Positions 18,790 to 26,210 of a stretch of DNA of 64,000 nt are shown one piece after another. Numbering within the stretch: position 1 is the first letter of the stretch; every line of letters starts with the position of its first letter. The notes beneath the pieces were generated by a model that ran no database searches, was not told where the DNA came from, and saw only the letters and a program-made list of their open reading frames with translations. A program made the translations under genes and the position numbers. Source of the DNA: Homoserinimonas sp. (GTDB lineage Bacteria > Actinomycetota > Actinomycetes > Actinomycetales > Microbacteriaceae); contig JBBDSS010000004.1 in the NCBI GenBank assembly GCA_040904805.1, forward strand, positions 2,481-66,480, read 5' to 3'.

Positions 18790-19278
18790 ATGGCGTGGTA
18801 CGAGTGGGCTTTCAACGGTGTAGGCGCAGCTCTAATCGTTTTCCTGCTGACCTGGTTTATCGGGCGACGGGCAACGCGTGCTGGGAAGGGTGGCAATGCT
18901 TCCGTCGGCAAGAGTGGATACGCTCGGGGAGGCAAAGGTGGCGGCCCGGGCGGCGGTGCCGGCGGGCATGCCTCAGTAGGGGGTAGCGGGGTGGCCCTTG
19001 GCGGCGATGCCGGGGGCGGCGGCCCTGAAAGCTTCATTGCGCGTGGCGGTGCTGGCGGCGGCGGTTCGATCAGCGGGGACGGATTCGTCGCCGGTGGTGA
19101 GGGCGGCGAAGCTAGCCAAAGGGATCGGGGCGGGCGAGGCGGACGAAGCGGTGCTGAAGCAGCGGGTGTGCCAAACCAACAATTTCCGGACGGCAGTTGG
19201 CTCTGGGACTACGGCAGGGGTGGCGACGGAGCTTCGCCGCTGCCGGATGAATCCATCGATGGACAGGCGAGCAACTAG
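18790..19278 (+). CDS. glycine-rich membrane-anchored protein, unknown function
   Basis: 162 aa from ATG 18790, with GGAGG 5 nt upstream. N-terminal TM VGAALIVFLLTWFI, then repeated GG.G..ASVG / GGAGGGG blocks. A/T-ending codons match the island. Confidence 0.5.
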   Translation: MAWYEWAFNGVGAALIVFLLTWFIGRRATRAGKGGNASVGKSGYARGGKGGGPGGGAGGHASVGGSGVALGGDAGGGGPESFIARGGAGGGGSISGDGFVAGGEGGEASQRDRGGRGGRSGAEAAGVPNQQFPDGSWLWDYGRGGDGASPLPDESIDGQASN

Positions 19279-19370
19279 GCACAAGCAGAAGGCGATGAAG
19301 TCTATCTACCGCGGGATTTGCGACCATCGCAAACATCTACCAGCGGGTAGTACGTCCGCCGTCGAACGGC

Positions 19371-19655
19371 TTGACCGTCGCCGCTCTCGCGCTGGCCATC
19401 GTTGCGATCGCGGTCGGCAACTGGAGCATCATCCCTATCCCCGGCCTGATGGCGGCGCTCTTCGCGTTCATTCAGGGAGTACTCGCTGTCATCTTCGGCG
19501 CCATCGGGCGCAGCCGGTCGGGGGCGCTCGGAGGGCTCGGGCGCGGGCAGGCTCTGGCCGGGCTCGTGTTGGGCGCGGTCACGCTGGGGATTATCGTGCT
19601 CACCGCGATGGTGTGGATCTTGGGAACGGTCGCGACAGGGAGTAGTACTACGTAG
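19371..19655 (+). CDS. DUF4190-like small membrane protein, paralog A (N-terminus possibly degenerate)
   Basis: 94 aa from TTG 19371. About two-thirds identical (56/84 by hand alignment) to 24521..24925. In-frame homology continues upstream (IYQRVVRPPSNG versus IYQQVVRPPSNG), but no in-frame ATG exists there. The nearest ATG (19295) is in another frame. Confidence 0.5.
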   Translation: MTVAALALAIVAIAVGNWSIIPIPGLMAALFAFIQGVLAVIFGAIGRSRSGALGGLGRGQALAGLVLGAVTLGIIVLTAMVWILGTVATGSSTT

Positions 19656-19661
19656 GCGCCC

Positions 19662-19734
19662 TTCGACAAGCTCAGGGAGCGGGGCACTGAGGGGTCTCGA
19701 TACGCCGGCTCGCTGCGCTCGCCGGCTACTCGAC
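19662..19734. repeat. REP-like intergenic repeat, copy 2 (module TTCGACAAGCTCAGGGAGC plus 44-nt core)
   Basis: Module at 19662-19680 and core at 19691-19734. The core overlaps the last codons of oleD (stop at 19726-19728). Confidence 0.7.
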
Positions 19735-20715
19735 CCGCAAAGGGGGCGGCGACGCGTAGGAGGCAGCCAGAAGGCGGAGGCCCTCGTCCAAGGAGACCGT
19801 CGGCTCCCACAGCAACTCAGCACGAGTGCGGCGCTGGTCGAACCAGTGGGCTGTCGACAATTGCTCGGCCAGGAAGCGGGTCATCGGCGGCTCGTCGGTA
19901 CCCGGCCGCACCCGCCAGAGAGCCTCGATCAGCGAACCACCACGGCGTGCCACTGCCGCGGGCACCCGCCATGCGGGCGCGGGCACACCCGCCGCCGCAC
20001 AGATCCCAGCCAGCAGCTCGGCCACCGGGCGGGGCTCCCCATTGGTGACCACGAACGCCTGGCCGTGCACCGCATCCGCCCGCCGCAACGCAGCAGCGAT
20101 CGAGGAAGCCGCATTGTCCACGTACGTCGTATCGATCAGGGCTGCGCCGTGGTCGAGAAGCGGCAGCCGACCCCGCCTGGCCCGGTCGACGATGCGCGCG
20201 ATCAGCTGGGTGTCACCCGGGCCCCACACCAGATGCGGACGCACCGCCACCACCGAGAAACCCGGCGCATCCGCGGCCAACGCGAACAACTCTGCCACCG
20301 CCTTCGTGCGGGCGTAGTCGCCGTGGGCACGATGCGGATCGGCCGGCAGCGCATCGTCACCCATGATCGAAGTGCCCGCATGCGCGACCGACGGAGAAGA
20401 CACGAACACGAAACGAGTGGCCCTGGCCTCCTGAGCCGCGGCGAGCATCGATCGAGTCCCGTTAACATTCACCCGGCGGAACTCGGCCGGGTCACCCGCC
20501 ATCGACACCTTCGCCGCCAGGTGCACCACCGCATCCATGCCCTGCACCGCGCGGTCGACATCGGCCCGGCCGGTCACCGAGCCGAGCACGTCGTCCACGC
20601 CGGTGACGCCGGATGGGCGCCGTTGGAAGGTCCGCACCGAGTGCCCGGCCGCCGCGATCTCTGCAGCTACAGCGCCGCCGAGGAACCCGCTCGCCCCGGT
20701 AACCAGCACCCTCAC
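19726..20715 (-). CDS. oleD: OleD-like NAD(P)-dependent 3-beta-HSD/epimerase-family reductase
   Basis: 329 aa from GTG 20715, which shares GTGA with the upstream stop. Rossmann motif VLVTGASGFLGG. Third gene of the oleA-oleBC-oleD arrangement. The tracked 449-aa ORF is an over-extension. Confidence 0.75.
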   Translation of the reverse strand: MRVLVTGASGFLGGAVAAEIAAAGHSVRTFQRRPSGVTGVDDVLGSVTGRADVDRAVQGMDAVVHLAAKVSMAGDPAEFRRVNVNGTRSMLAAAQEARATRFVFVSSPSVAHAGTSIMGDDALPADPHRAHGDYARTKAVAELFALAADAPGFSVVAVRPHLVWGPGDTQLIARIVDRARRGRLPLLDHGAALIDTTYVDNAASSIAAALRRADAVHGQAFVVTNGEPRPVAELLAGICAAAGVPAPAWRVPAAVARRGGSLIEALWRVRPGTDEPPMTRFLAEQLSTAHWFDQRRTRAELLWEPTVSLDEGLRLLAASYASPPPLRVE

Positions 20716-23333
20716 GGCTGCACCATGCGGCCGCCGGACAGGATCCGACTGGCCCACTCGGCCAGCCGCGTGCGGTTGATCTTCGAGTTGTGCCGGATGT
20801 CCGTCGGCAGCCGAGGAACCACCAGCACCGCCGCAATCGGCACCGAAGCAGCGGCGCGAACGGATGCTGCCAACTCGGCATCCGCGAGCGAGACCCGCCT
20901 CGCCCGGGGAGTGGTCTCCACGATCGCAACCACCTGCTGCGTTCCGGCCGGTCCGACGCCCACCATCGCAGCGCGAGCAACCCCGGCTACCGACTCGACC
21001 GCCTGCTCCTGACCGACCGGCGTCAGCACACCGGACGCCGTCGTGATCACATGCGGCAGCCTGCCCTCCACCCACAACCGACCCTGGTCGTCGAGGTGAC
21101 CGACATCACCGGTGCGGTGCCAGCGACCGTTGCCCGTGTCGCGGGCCGCAGCCTCGTTGGTCAGCCACAACCGGTCGTAGTGGTCCTTCAGGTGCTCCGC
21201 CGAAACCACGATCTCACCGGTGACGCCAGGTGATCCCGTCGGCTCACCAGACGCATTGCCGTGCTCATCCAGCGGGCTGATCCGCACCTGCGTCGTCGCA
21301 GCCGGCTTTCCGACACAGACCCCGCCCGGCCCGTCAGCCCCGGCCGCCTCCCGGATTCCCTCCAGCGAGGCATCCGTCAGCAGCAGACCCTCCGTCATGC
21401 CGTAGGGGGTGTGCGCGCTCGCCGCCGGCATGAGAGCAGATGCCGCGGACAACAGCGACTCCGACACCGGCGCCCCAGCCGACAGGAACAACTCCACCCG
21501 CCCGAGCGCATTGTGGTCGGCAGGCAGCAGTCCATCCGAGGTCGCGACCACGTTGGCCACCGCGGCGGGGGAGAGGAACACCACCGTGGAATCAGTGCCG
21601 ATGTTCGCCTCGGTCACGGCTGCCGCTACCGCCTTGGCGGTGAGGGACTTCGGGGAGGTCACGTTCATGTCCGGAGTCACCGACCGTGCGCCGAGCGCCG
21701 GCCCGAGCAGGGCGAAAGGCGCGAAGCCTGCCACCAGGCCTGTGCCTGGGCCGACGCCGTACTGGCCGGCCAGCGCCTGGCAGAGCGCGGACAGCTGCTG
21801 GTGCGTGTAGACGACGCCCTTCGCCGGCCCGGTGGAGCCGGAGGTGAACAGCACCGCCGCGGTATCGGCGGCGTCGGGTTCGGGTGGAAGGTCGTCGGTC
21901 CGGCCGATCCTGGCGACATCGGCGAGCACATGTGAGACACCGAGCGCTCGATGGACTCCGGGCGCGAGCCGCGTGGTCGAGATCTTCTGCCCCGGCCAGC
22001 TCAACGCGCGGGCAGCCATCAGGCCAGCCGCGGCGCCGACCACGTGGTCGGGGCGGGCACCGCGCACCGCTCGGGTCAACCCGGCCAAGCCGAGCCCGGC
22101 ATCCGCCACCACCACAACGGCACCGAGGCGCAGGCACGCGTACAGCACGGCGGTGAGGTCGGCGCCGGGCGGGATGAGCAAGGAGACCCGGTCGCCGCGC
22201 TTCACCCCGACGCGGGTCAGGCCGGCAGCCAGCTGCCGCACCCGGCGGGACAGCAGGCGCCAACTCACCACTCGCGGAGCATCCCCGCGCGGCGGCGCCA
22301 TCTCCACCAGCGCGGTATCGGAGCTGTCACGAAACTCATCAAGGTGGTGCCACAGCGGCCGGTACGAAGCCGACTCGGCAGCGAGCGGCTCGCGGTCAGA
22401 CCCCAGGCCGTTCAGCCATCCGAGCACCGCCGACGCGTAGTCGACGTCCTCGGCCAGCAGGTGGCCGGCACCCTCGAAGCGGTGCACATCGGCGTGCGGC
22501 AACCGCTCGGCCAGGTCGTCCAGGTACGTGTCGCTGAAGATCGGGTCCCGCGGACCCCACAGCATCAGCGCCGGCTGCGCGAGCCAGCGCACCCCATCGG
22601 CGATGCGGTCGAGCTCGGCGCGGCTGGGGTGATCAGGGGAGACCGGGATGTCGGCGACGAACTCTCCGATGCCTTCACGACGCTCAGCGGTGTTGTAGGG
22701 GGCGCGGTAGCCGCGCTTCACCTCGGTAGTGAGGGGTGGATGCGCCAGCCTCAGCGTGGTCTCGAGGAACGCGGGCGTCGTCACCGTTCCGAGGCGGTGC
22801 ACCGGCTGACTCAACGCCAGGCGCAGGGGAGCCGGGATCGGCCCGCCGGGATGGTGGACGGCCGTGTTGAGCAGCATCACCCCCGCCAGAAGCTCGGGGT
22901 GGTCGACCGCCCAGCCGAGCGAGACCGGTCCACCCCAGTCGTGGCCGAGGGTGTACACCGGGCCGTCAAGTTCCAGATAGGAGGTCAGGGACGAGAGGTC
23001 GCTGACCCGCTGGGGCAGGCCACGAGCGGAACCGGTGCGCTCCGAGAAACCCATGTCCAGTTGGTCGACCGCGATCACCCGCCAGGCCGGGGTAGCTGAT
23101 GTTGCAGCGCTGAGCAGCTTGCGCCACAGGTACGACCAGGTCGGGTTGCCGTGCACGCAGAGGATCGTGCCCGCCGGGGTCGCACCGAGTGCGTCCAGCC
23201 GGGCCGCGTTGTCGAGAAGGTGCCAGGTGCGCGGAGTGCCGTCAGCGTCCGGAGCAGTCACCAGCTGGGAGGAATCCGGGGGGAGCCCATCGAGAGTGGG
23301 CGGCAACTGGGCTGGAGCGGCGGCGGGACTCAC
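20712..23333 (-). CDS. oleBC: OleB-OleC fusion (alpha/beta hydrolase plus AMP-dependent synthetase / beta-lactone synthetase)
   Basis: 873 aa. The N-terminal half is haloalkane-dehalogenase-like (VHGNPTWSYLW, LGHDWGG). The C-terminal half carries the adenylation motif LFTSGSTGPAKGV. GTGA overlaps at both junctions. Confidence 0.8.
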   Translation of the reverse strand: MSPAAAPAQLPPTLDGLPPDSSQLVTAPDADGTPRTWHLLDNAARLDALGATPAGTILCVHGNPTWSYLWRKLLSAATSATPAWRVIAVDQLDMGFSERTGSARGLPQRVSDLSSLTSYLELDGPVYTLGHDWGGPVSLGWAVDHPELLAGVMLLNTAVHHPGGPIPAPLRLALSQPVHRLGTVTTPAFLETTLRLAHPPLTTEVKRGYRAPYNTAERREGIGEFVADIPVSPDHPSRAELDRIADGVRWLAQPALMLWGPRDPIFSDTYLDDLAERLPHADVHRFEGAGHLLAEDVDYASAVLGWLNGLGSDREPLAAESASYRPLWHHLDEFRDSSDTALVEMAPPRGDAPRVVSWRLLSRRVRQLAAGLTRVGVKRGDRVSLLIPPGADLTAVLYACLRLGAVVVVADAGLGLAGLTRAVRGARPDHVVGAAAGLMAARALSWPGQKISTTRLAPGVHRALGVSHVLADVARIGRTDDLPPEPDAADTAAVLFTSGSTGPAKGVVYTHQQLSALCQALAGQYGVGPGTGLVAGFAPFALLGPALGARSVTPDMNVTSPKSLTAKAVAAAVTEANIGTDSTVVFLSPAAVANVVATSDGLLPADHNALGRVELFLSAGAPVSESLLSAASALMPAASAHTPYGMTEGLLLTDASLEGIREAAGADGPGGVCVGKPAATTQVRISPLDEHGNASGEPTGSPGVTGEIVVSAEHLKDHYDRLWLTNEAAARDTGNGRWHRTGDVGHLDDQGRLWVEGRLPHVITTASGVLTPVGQEQAVESVAGVARAAMVGVGPAGTQQVVAIVETTPRARRVSLADAELAASVRAAASVPIAAVLVVPRLPTDIRHNSKINRTRLAEWASRILSGGRMVQP

Positions 23334-24352
23334 CAGGCGAGTTCCATCATCGCCGTGTTCAGGCCAGACCCGACCCCCATCAGCAGCACCCGGCTGCCCG
23401 GAGCCAGCGAAGCCGACTCTTCAGCGAGCGTGATCGGGATCGACGCCGGCCCGACATTGCCGAATTTAGGATAGGTGAGCGGCACCCGCGAGCGGTCGAT
23501 GCCGGACGCCTTCACCATGGCGTTGGTGTGCACATCCGACACCTGGTGCACGATGTAGCGGTCCATGTTCGACCAGTTCCAGTCGCGCTTCGCCTCGTTC
23601 CAGGCGGAGACCACCAGCTCCATGCCGCCCTTCAGTAGCGCCTTCGCGTCGGTGAACATGCCGTCGACGCTGCCGACACAGAGATCGTTGAACTGGGTGG
23701 CGGCGCGGGTCACGCCGCCGAGCACCCGGTGACCTGACGGATGCGCATCCGCCGGCCCCAACACAGCGGCGGCAGCCCCGGAACCGAGGGTCAGGCTGGC
23801 GAACTCGCTCATGAAGTCCTTGCGGCTGATGCCGCTGCGGCTGAGCCGGCTGATGGTGTTGGTCTGGATGTCGTCAGCATCCTCACCGTCGATGATGACC
23901 GCGTACTTCACCTGGCCGGAGTCGATCATGCTCGACGCCAGCGACATCCCGTTCACGAACCCGAGGCAGGCGTTCGCGATATCGAAATTGATGGCGGATG
24001 ACGGCAGCCCCAGCCCGTGGTGGATGCGCACCGCCACCGACGGTTCCAGGTTCTTGCGGGTCACCGAGGTGTTGATGAGCAGGCCCACCTGGCCGGGCTC
24101 GATGCCCGCCTGCTGCAGGGCGCGCTCGCCCGCCGAGACCGCAGCATCGTCGAAGGTCTCGCCTTCGGCCCAGTTGCGGCGCTCATGAACACCGGCAACC
24201 CGTTGCAGTAGACCGGTGGGGAGTTTCAGCCGGCGCAGAACCGGCGCCAGCTGCCGGTCGATGTCCTCCGAGGTGGTGACTCTGGGGGCGATGGTAGTGG
24301 CGACCGAGAGGAGCGCGACGTTGTGGTGCGTGGTCGTCGCATTACCGTTCAA
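23330..24352 (-). CDS. oleA: OleA-like FabH-family thiolase (head-to-head Claisen condensing enzyme)
   Basis: 340 aa. Active-site Cys context DIANACLGFVNG. C-terminal GNVGPASIPI...GVGSGLN is typical of KAS III-like enzymes. First gene of the cluster. Confidence 0.8.
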   Translation of the reverse strand: MNGNATTTHHNVALLSVATTIAPRVTTSEDIDRQLAPVLRRLKLPTGLLQRVAGVHERRNWAEGETFDDAAVSAGERALQQAGIEPGQVGLLINTSVTRKNLEPSVAVRIHHGLGLPSSAINFDIANACLGFVNGMSLASSMIDSGQVKYAVIIDGEDADDIQTNTISRLSRSGISRKDFMSEFASLTLGSGAAAAVLGPADAHPSGHRVLGGVTRAATQFNDLCVGSVDGMFTDAKALLKGGMELVVSAWNEAKRDWNWSNMDRYIVHQVSDVHTNAMVKASGIDRSRVPLTYPKFGNVGPASIPITLAEESASLAPGSRVLLMGVGSGLNTAMMELAW

Positions 24353-24520
24353 CGGATCTCCCTGTCGATTAGAGTTTCTCTCTTGAGAATGCCCCAGAAC
24401 GCTGAATGTTCACCGACCGTATGCCGGACGGTTGTCGGTCCGTGGGGTCGCCTGATCGGCGTGCTCGCCGCCGGCCTGCTCGCGTCTGCGCGCTGAGCTG
24501 GGTCCTGCCATAATCACGGC

Positions 24521-24925
24521 ATGAGCAATCCCGGAGATACAACCCCATACGGAGCATCGCAGACCATCTACCAGCAGGTGGTCCGGCCGCCATCCAACGG
24601 CATGGCCACCGCCGCACTGGTCCTCGGCATCATCGCCATCGCCTTCGGGGTGTGGAGCGTCATCCCGATCCTCGGGCTGTTCGCAGCATTCACCGCATTC
24701 GTCCCCGCAGTGCTCGCGGTCGTCTTCGGCGCCATCGGCCGCACCAGATCGACGACACTCGCCGGCATCGGGCGCGGGCAGGCGCTCACCGGACTCGTTC
24801 TGGGAGCGGTCACCCTCACGATCATCGTGCTCACCACGATTGGGTGGGCGCTGCTGTCCATCCCGTTCAGCGTGAGCGAGTCGTACGTCACTTCGGCGGG
24901 TTCTCTGAGCGGGCTGGGCGCGTAG
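24521..24925 (+). CDS. DUF4190-like small membrane protein, paralog B
   Basis: 134 aa. -10-like CATAAT lies just upstream. Two TM hairpin segments. Paralog of 19371..19655. Confidence 0.7.
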   Translation: MSNPGDTTPYGASQTIYQQVVRPPSNGMATAALVLGIIAIAFGVWSVIPILGLFAAFTAFVPAVLAVVFGAIGRTRSTTLAGIGRGQALTGLVLGAVTLTIIVLTTIGWALLSIPFSVSESYVTSAGSLSGLGA

Positions 24926-24936
24926 GTCAGGCTGCT

Positions 24937-24955
24937 TTCGACAAGCTCAGGGAGC
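24937..24955. repeat. REP-like module TTCGACAAGCTCAGGGAGC, copy 3
   Basis: Identical 19-mer to 19662-19680, in the same position relative to the DUF4190 stop codon. Confidence 0.65.
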
Positions 24956-24971
24956 GGGTCCGGGCGGCTGG

Positions 24972-25520
24972 CTACGCCGTCTGGCCCTCGTGCTTGCCCT
25001 CCGCGAACTCCTCCACGATCTTCGCGTTGAACGCGGGCAGGTCGTCAGGGTTGCGACTCGACACGAGCCCCTGGTCGACCACGACCTCCTCATCCACCCA
25101 CTCGGCTCCCGCATTGCGCAGGTCCGTCTTGAGGCTCGGGTACGACGTCATCGTTCGACCGCGCACCAGGTCTGCCTCGGTCAGAATCCACGCGCCGTGG
25201 CAGATCACGCCGACCGGCTTGTGCTGACTGAAGAAGCCGCGCACGAACTCGACGGATGCGGCATCCATCCGCAGATGGTCGGCATTGACGACGCCGCCCG
25301 GCAGCACCAGCGCGTCGAACTCGGACGCGTCAGCGTCCCCAGACACCTTCTCCACCGGCTGACTGTGTCCGTTCTTGCCTTCGATCGCCCCTGATTCCGG
25401 TGCGATCATCACCGGAGTGCCACCGGCATCCGTCACCGCCTGCCACGGGCTGGTCAATTCGGAGTCCTCGAAACCGTTGGTTGCGACGAAAGCGATCTTC
25501 TTGTTGGTAAGACTGGCCAT
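24972..25520 (-). CDS. DJ-1/PfpI family protein
   Basis: 182 aa with nucleophile elbow VGVICHGAW. Typical PfpI-like length and sequence. Confidence 0.85.
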   Translation of the reverse strand: MASLTNKKIAFVATNGFEDSELTSPWQAVTDAGGTPVMIAPESGAIEGKNGHSQPVEKVSGDADASEFDALVLPGGVVNADHLRMDAASVEFVRGFFSQHKPVGVICHGAWILTEADLVRGRTMTSYPSLKTDLRNAGAEWVDEEVVVDQGLVSSRNPDDLPAFNAKIVEEFAEGKHEGQTA

Positions 25521-25716
25521 AACAACTCCTTTGCTCGCGCTTCACGCTAGGTCCATGCCCCGGTACGGCCAAGCGAATCTCACGAAGCTCGCAGGTTGCG
25601 GAACCCTGCATCAGCAGGGCGGAAAAATTCTGCTTGACGCCGGCTCAAAGCTGAGTAATGTCAATGACACCCGTTCGGGGGGCGGCGTCCATATCGCACA
25701 CCCTGAAGGAGTAATC

Positions 25717-26079
25717 GTGTTCAAGAAGTCCCTTATGACGGTCGGCATCGCGGCCGGTCTCGTCTTTGTTCCCACCGCCGCCTACGCCCTGGACTGCGCC
25801 AACGTCTCACGCCCGCCGGCCGCCTGCGGATCGAACTGTACCGAGGGCCCCGTTCTCAAGGGCAACTGGGCCTGGCTGCCCAGCGTCTTCCCGGGAGCGC
25901 AGGAAGCCTGGGTGTTCGTTCCTCCGGGAACCGTGCCGGACCTGCCGGGCGCGAACGGCAACTACCAGAACGGCGAAGGCTACGCATTACTGGTGAACGC
26001 CATCTGCGACTCCGAGGGCTCCGTGCTGGTGAACCGGCAGACCGAACACGGGATCCAGCTCATGGAGGGCTGCGCGTAG
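25717..26079 (+). CDS. small secreted Cys-containing protein, unknown function
   Basis: 120 aa from GTG 25717, with GAAGGA 6 nt upstream. Signal peptide ending AAYA-LD. Six Cys in the mature part. TTGACG/TAATGT promoter-like hexamers at about 25634-25662. Confidence 0.5.
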   Translation: MFKKSLMTVGIAAGLVFVPTAAYALDCANVSRPPAACGSNCTEGPVLKGNWAWLPSVFPGAQEAWVFVPPGTVPDLPGANGNYQNGEGYALLVNAICDSEGSVLVNRQTEHGIQLMEGCA

Positions 26080-26210
26080 AGGGCAGTCGTTTCGAAGCGC
26101 CGGATCTGGACAAGCTCCACCCGCGGCCTGGTGAAGGAAAGTCGTCCTTGTGGCGAGGGGCATAGGCGCGCATACTTGCCCGCACGCAGACCGAGCAAAG
26201 GAGCTCCGTC

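Larger units (their letters stand above)
7040..19300. other. lower-GC genomic island enriched in restriction/defence genes
   Basis: Composition and codon third positions shift abruptly. Spot count is 33/60 G+C at 7441-7500 versus 43/60 at 6901-6960. Gene content is listed below. No integrase or tRNA was seen. Confidence 0.6.

Noticed and set aside
7040-19300. Prophage or integrative element interpretation of the low-GC island
   Set aside because: No integrase or recombinase, capsid, terminase or tail genes, tRNA target or att-like direct repeats were found by eye. Only the excisionase-like HTH is present, and it is better explained as an operon regulator.
19726-21075. Tracked 449-aa form of the oleD ORF, and other N-terminally over-extended ORFs (36579..38129, 45372..47024, 25375..26079, 40656..41237, 44031..44747, 9410..12880)
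   Set aside because: The extensions overlap upstream genes or divergent promoters and lack family similarity. Internal starts with SD-like sequences, start/stop coupling (GTGA, ATGA, TGATG) and family-typical N-termini were preferred.
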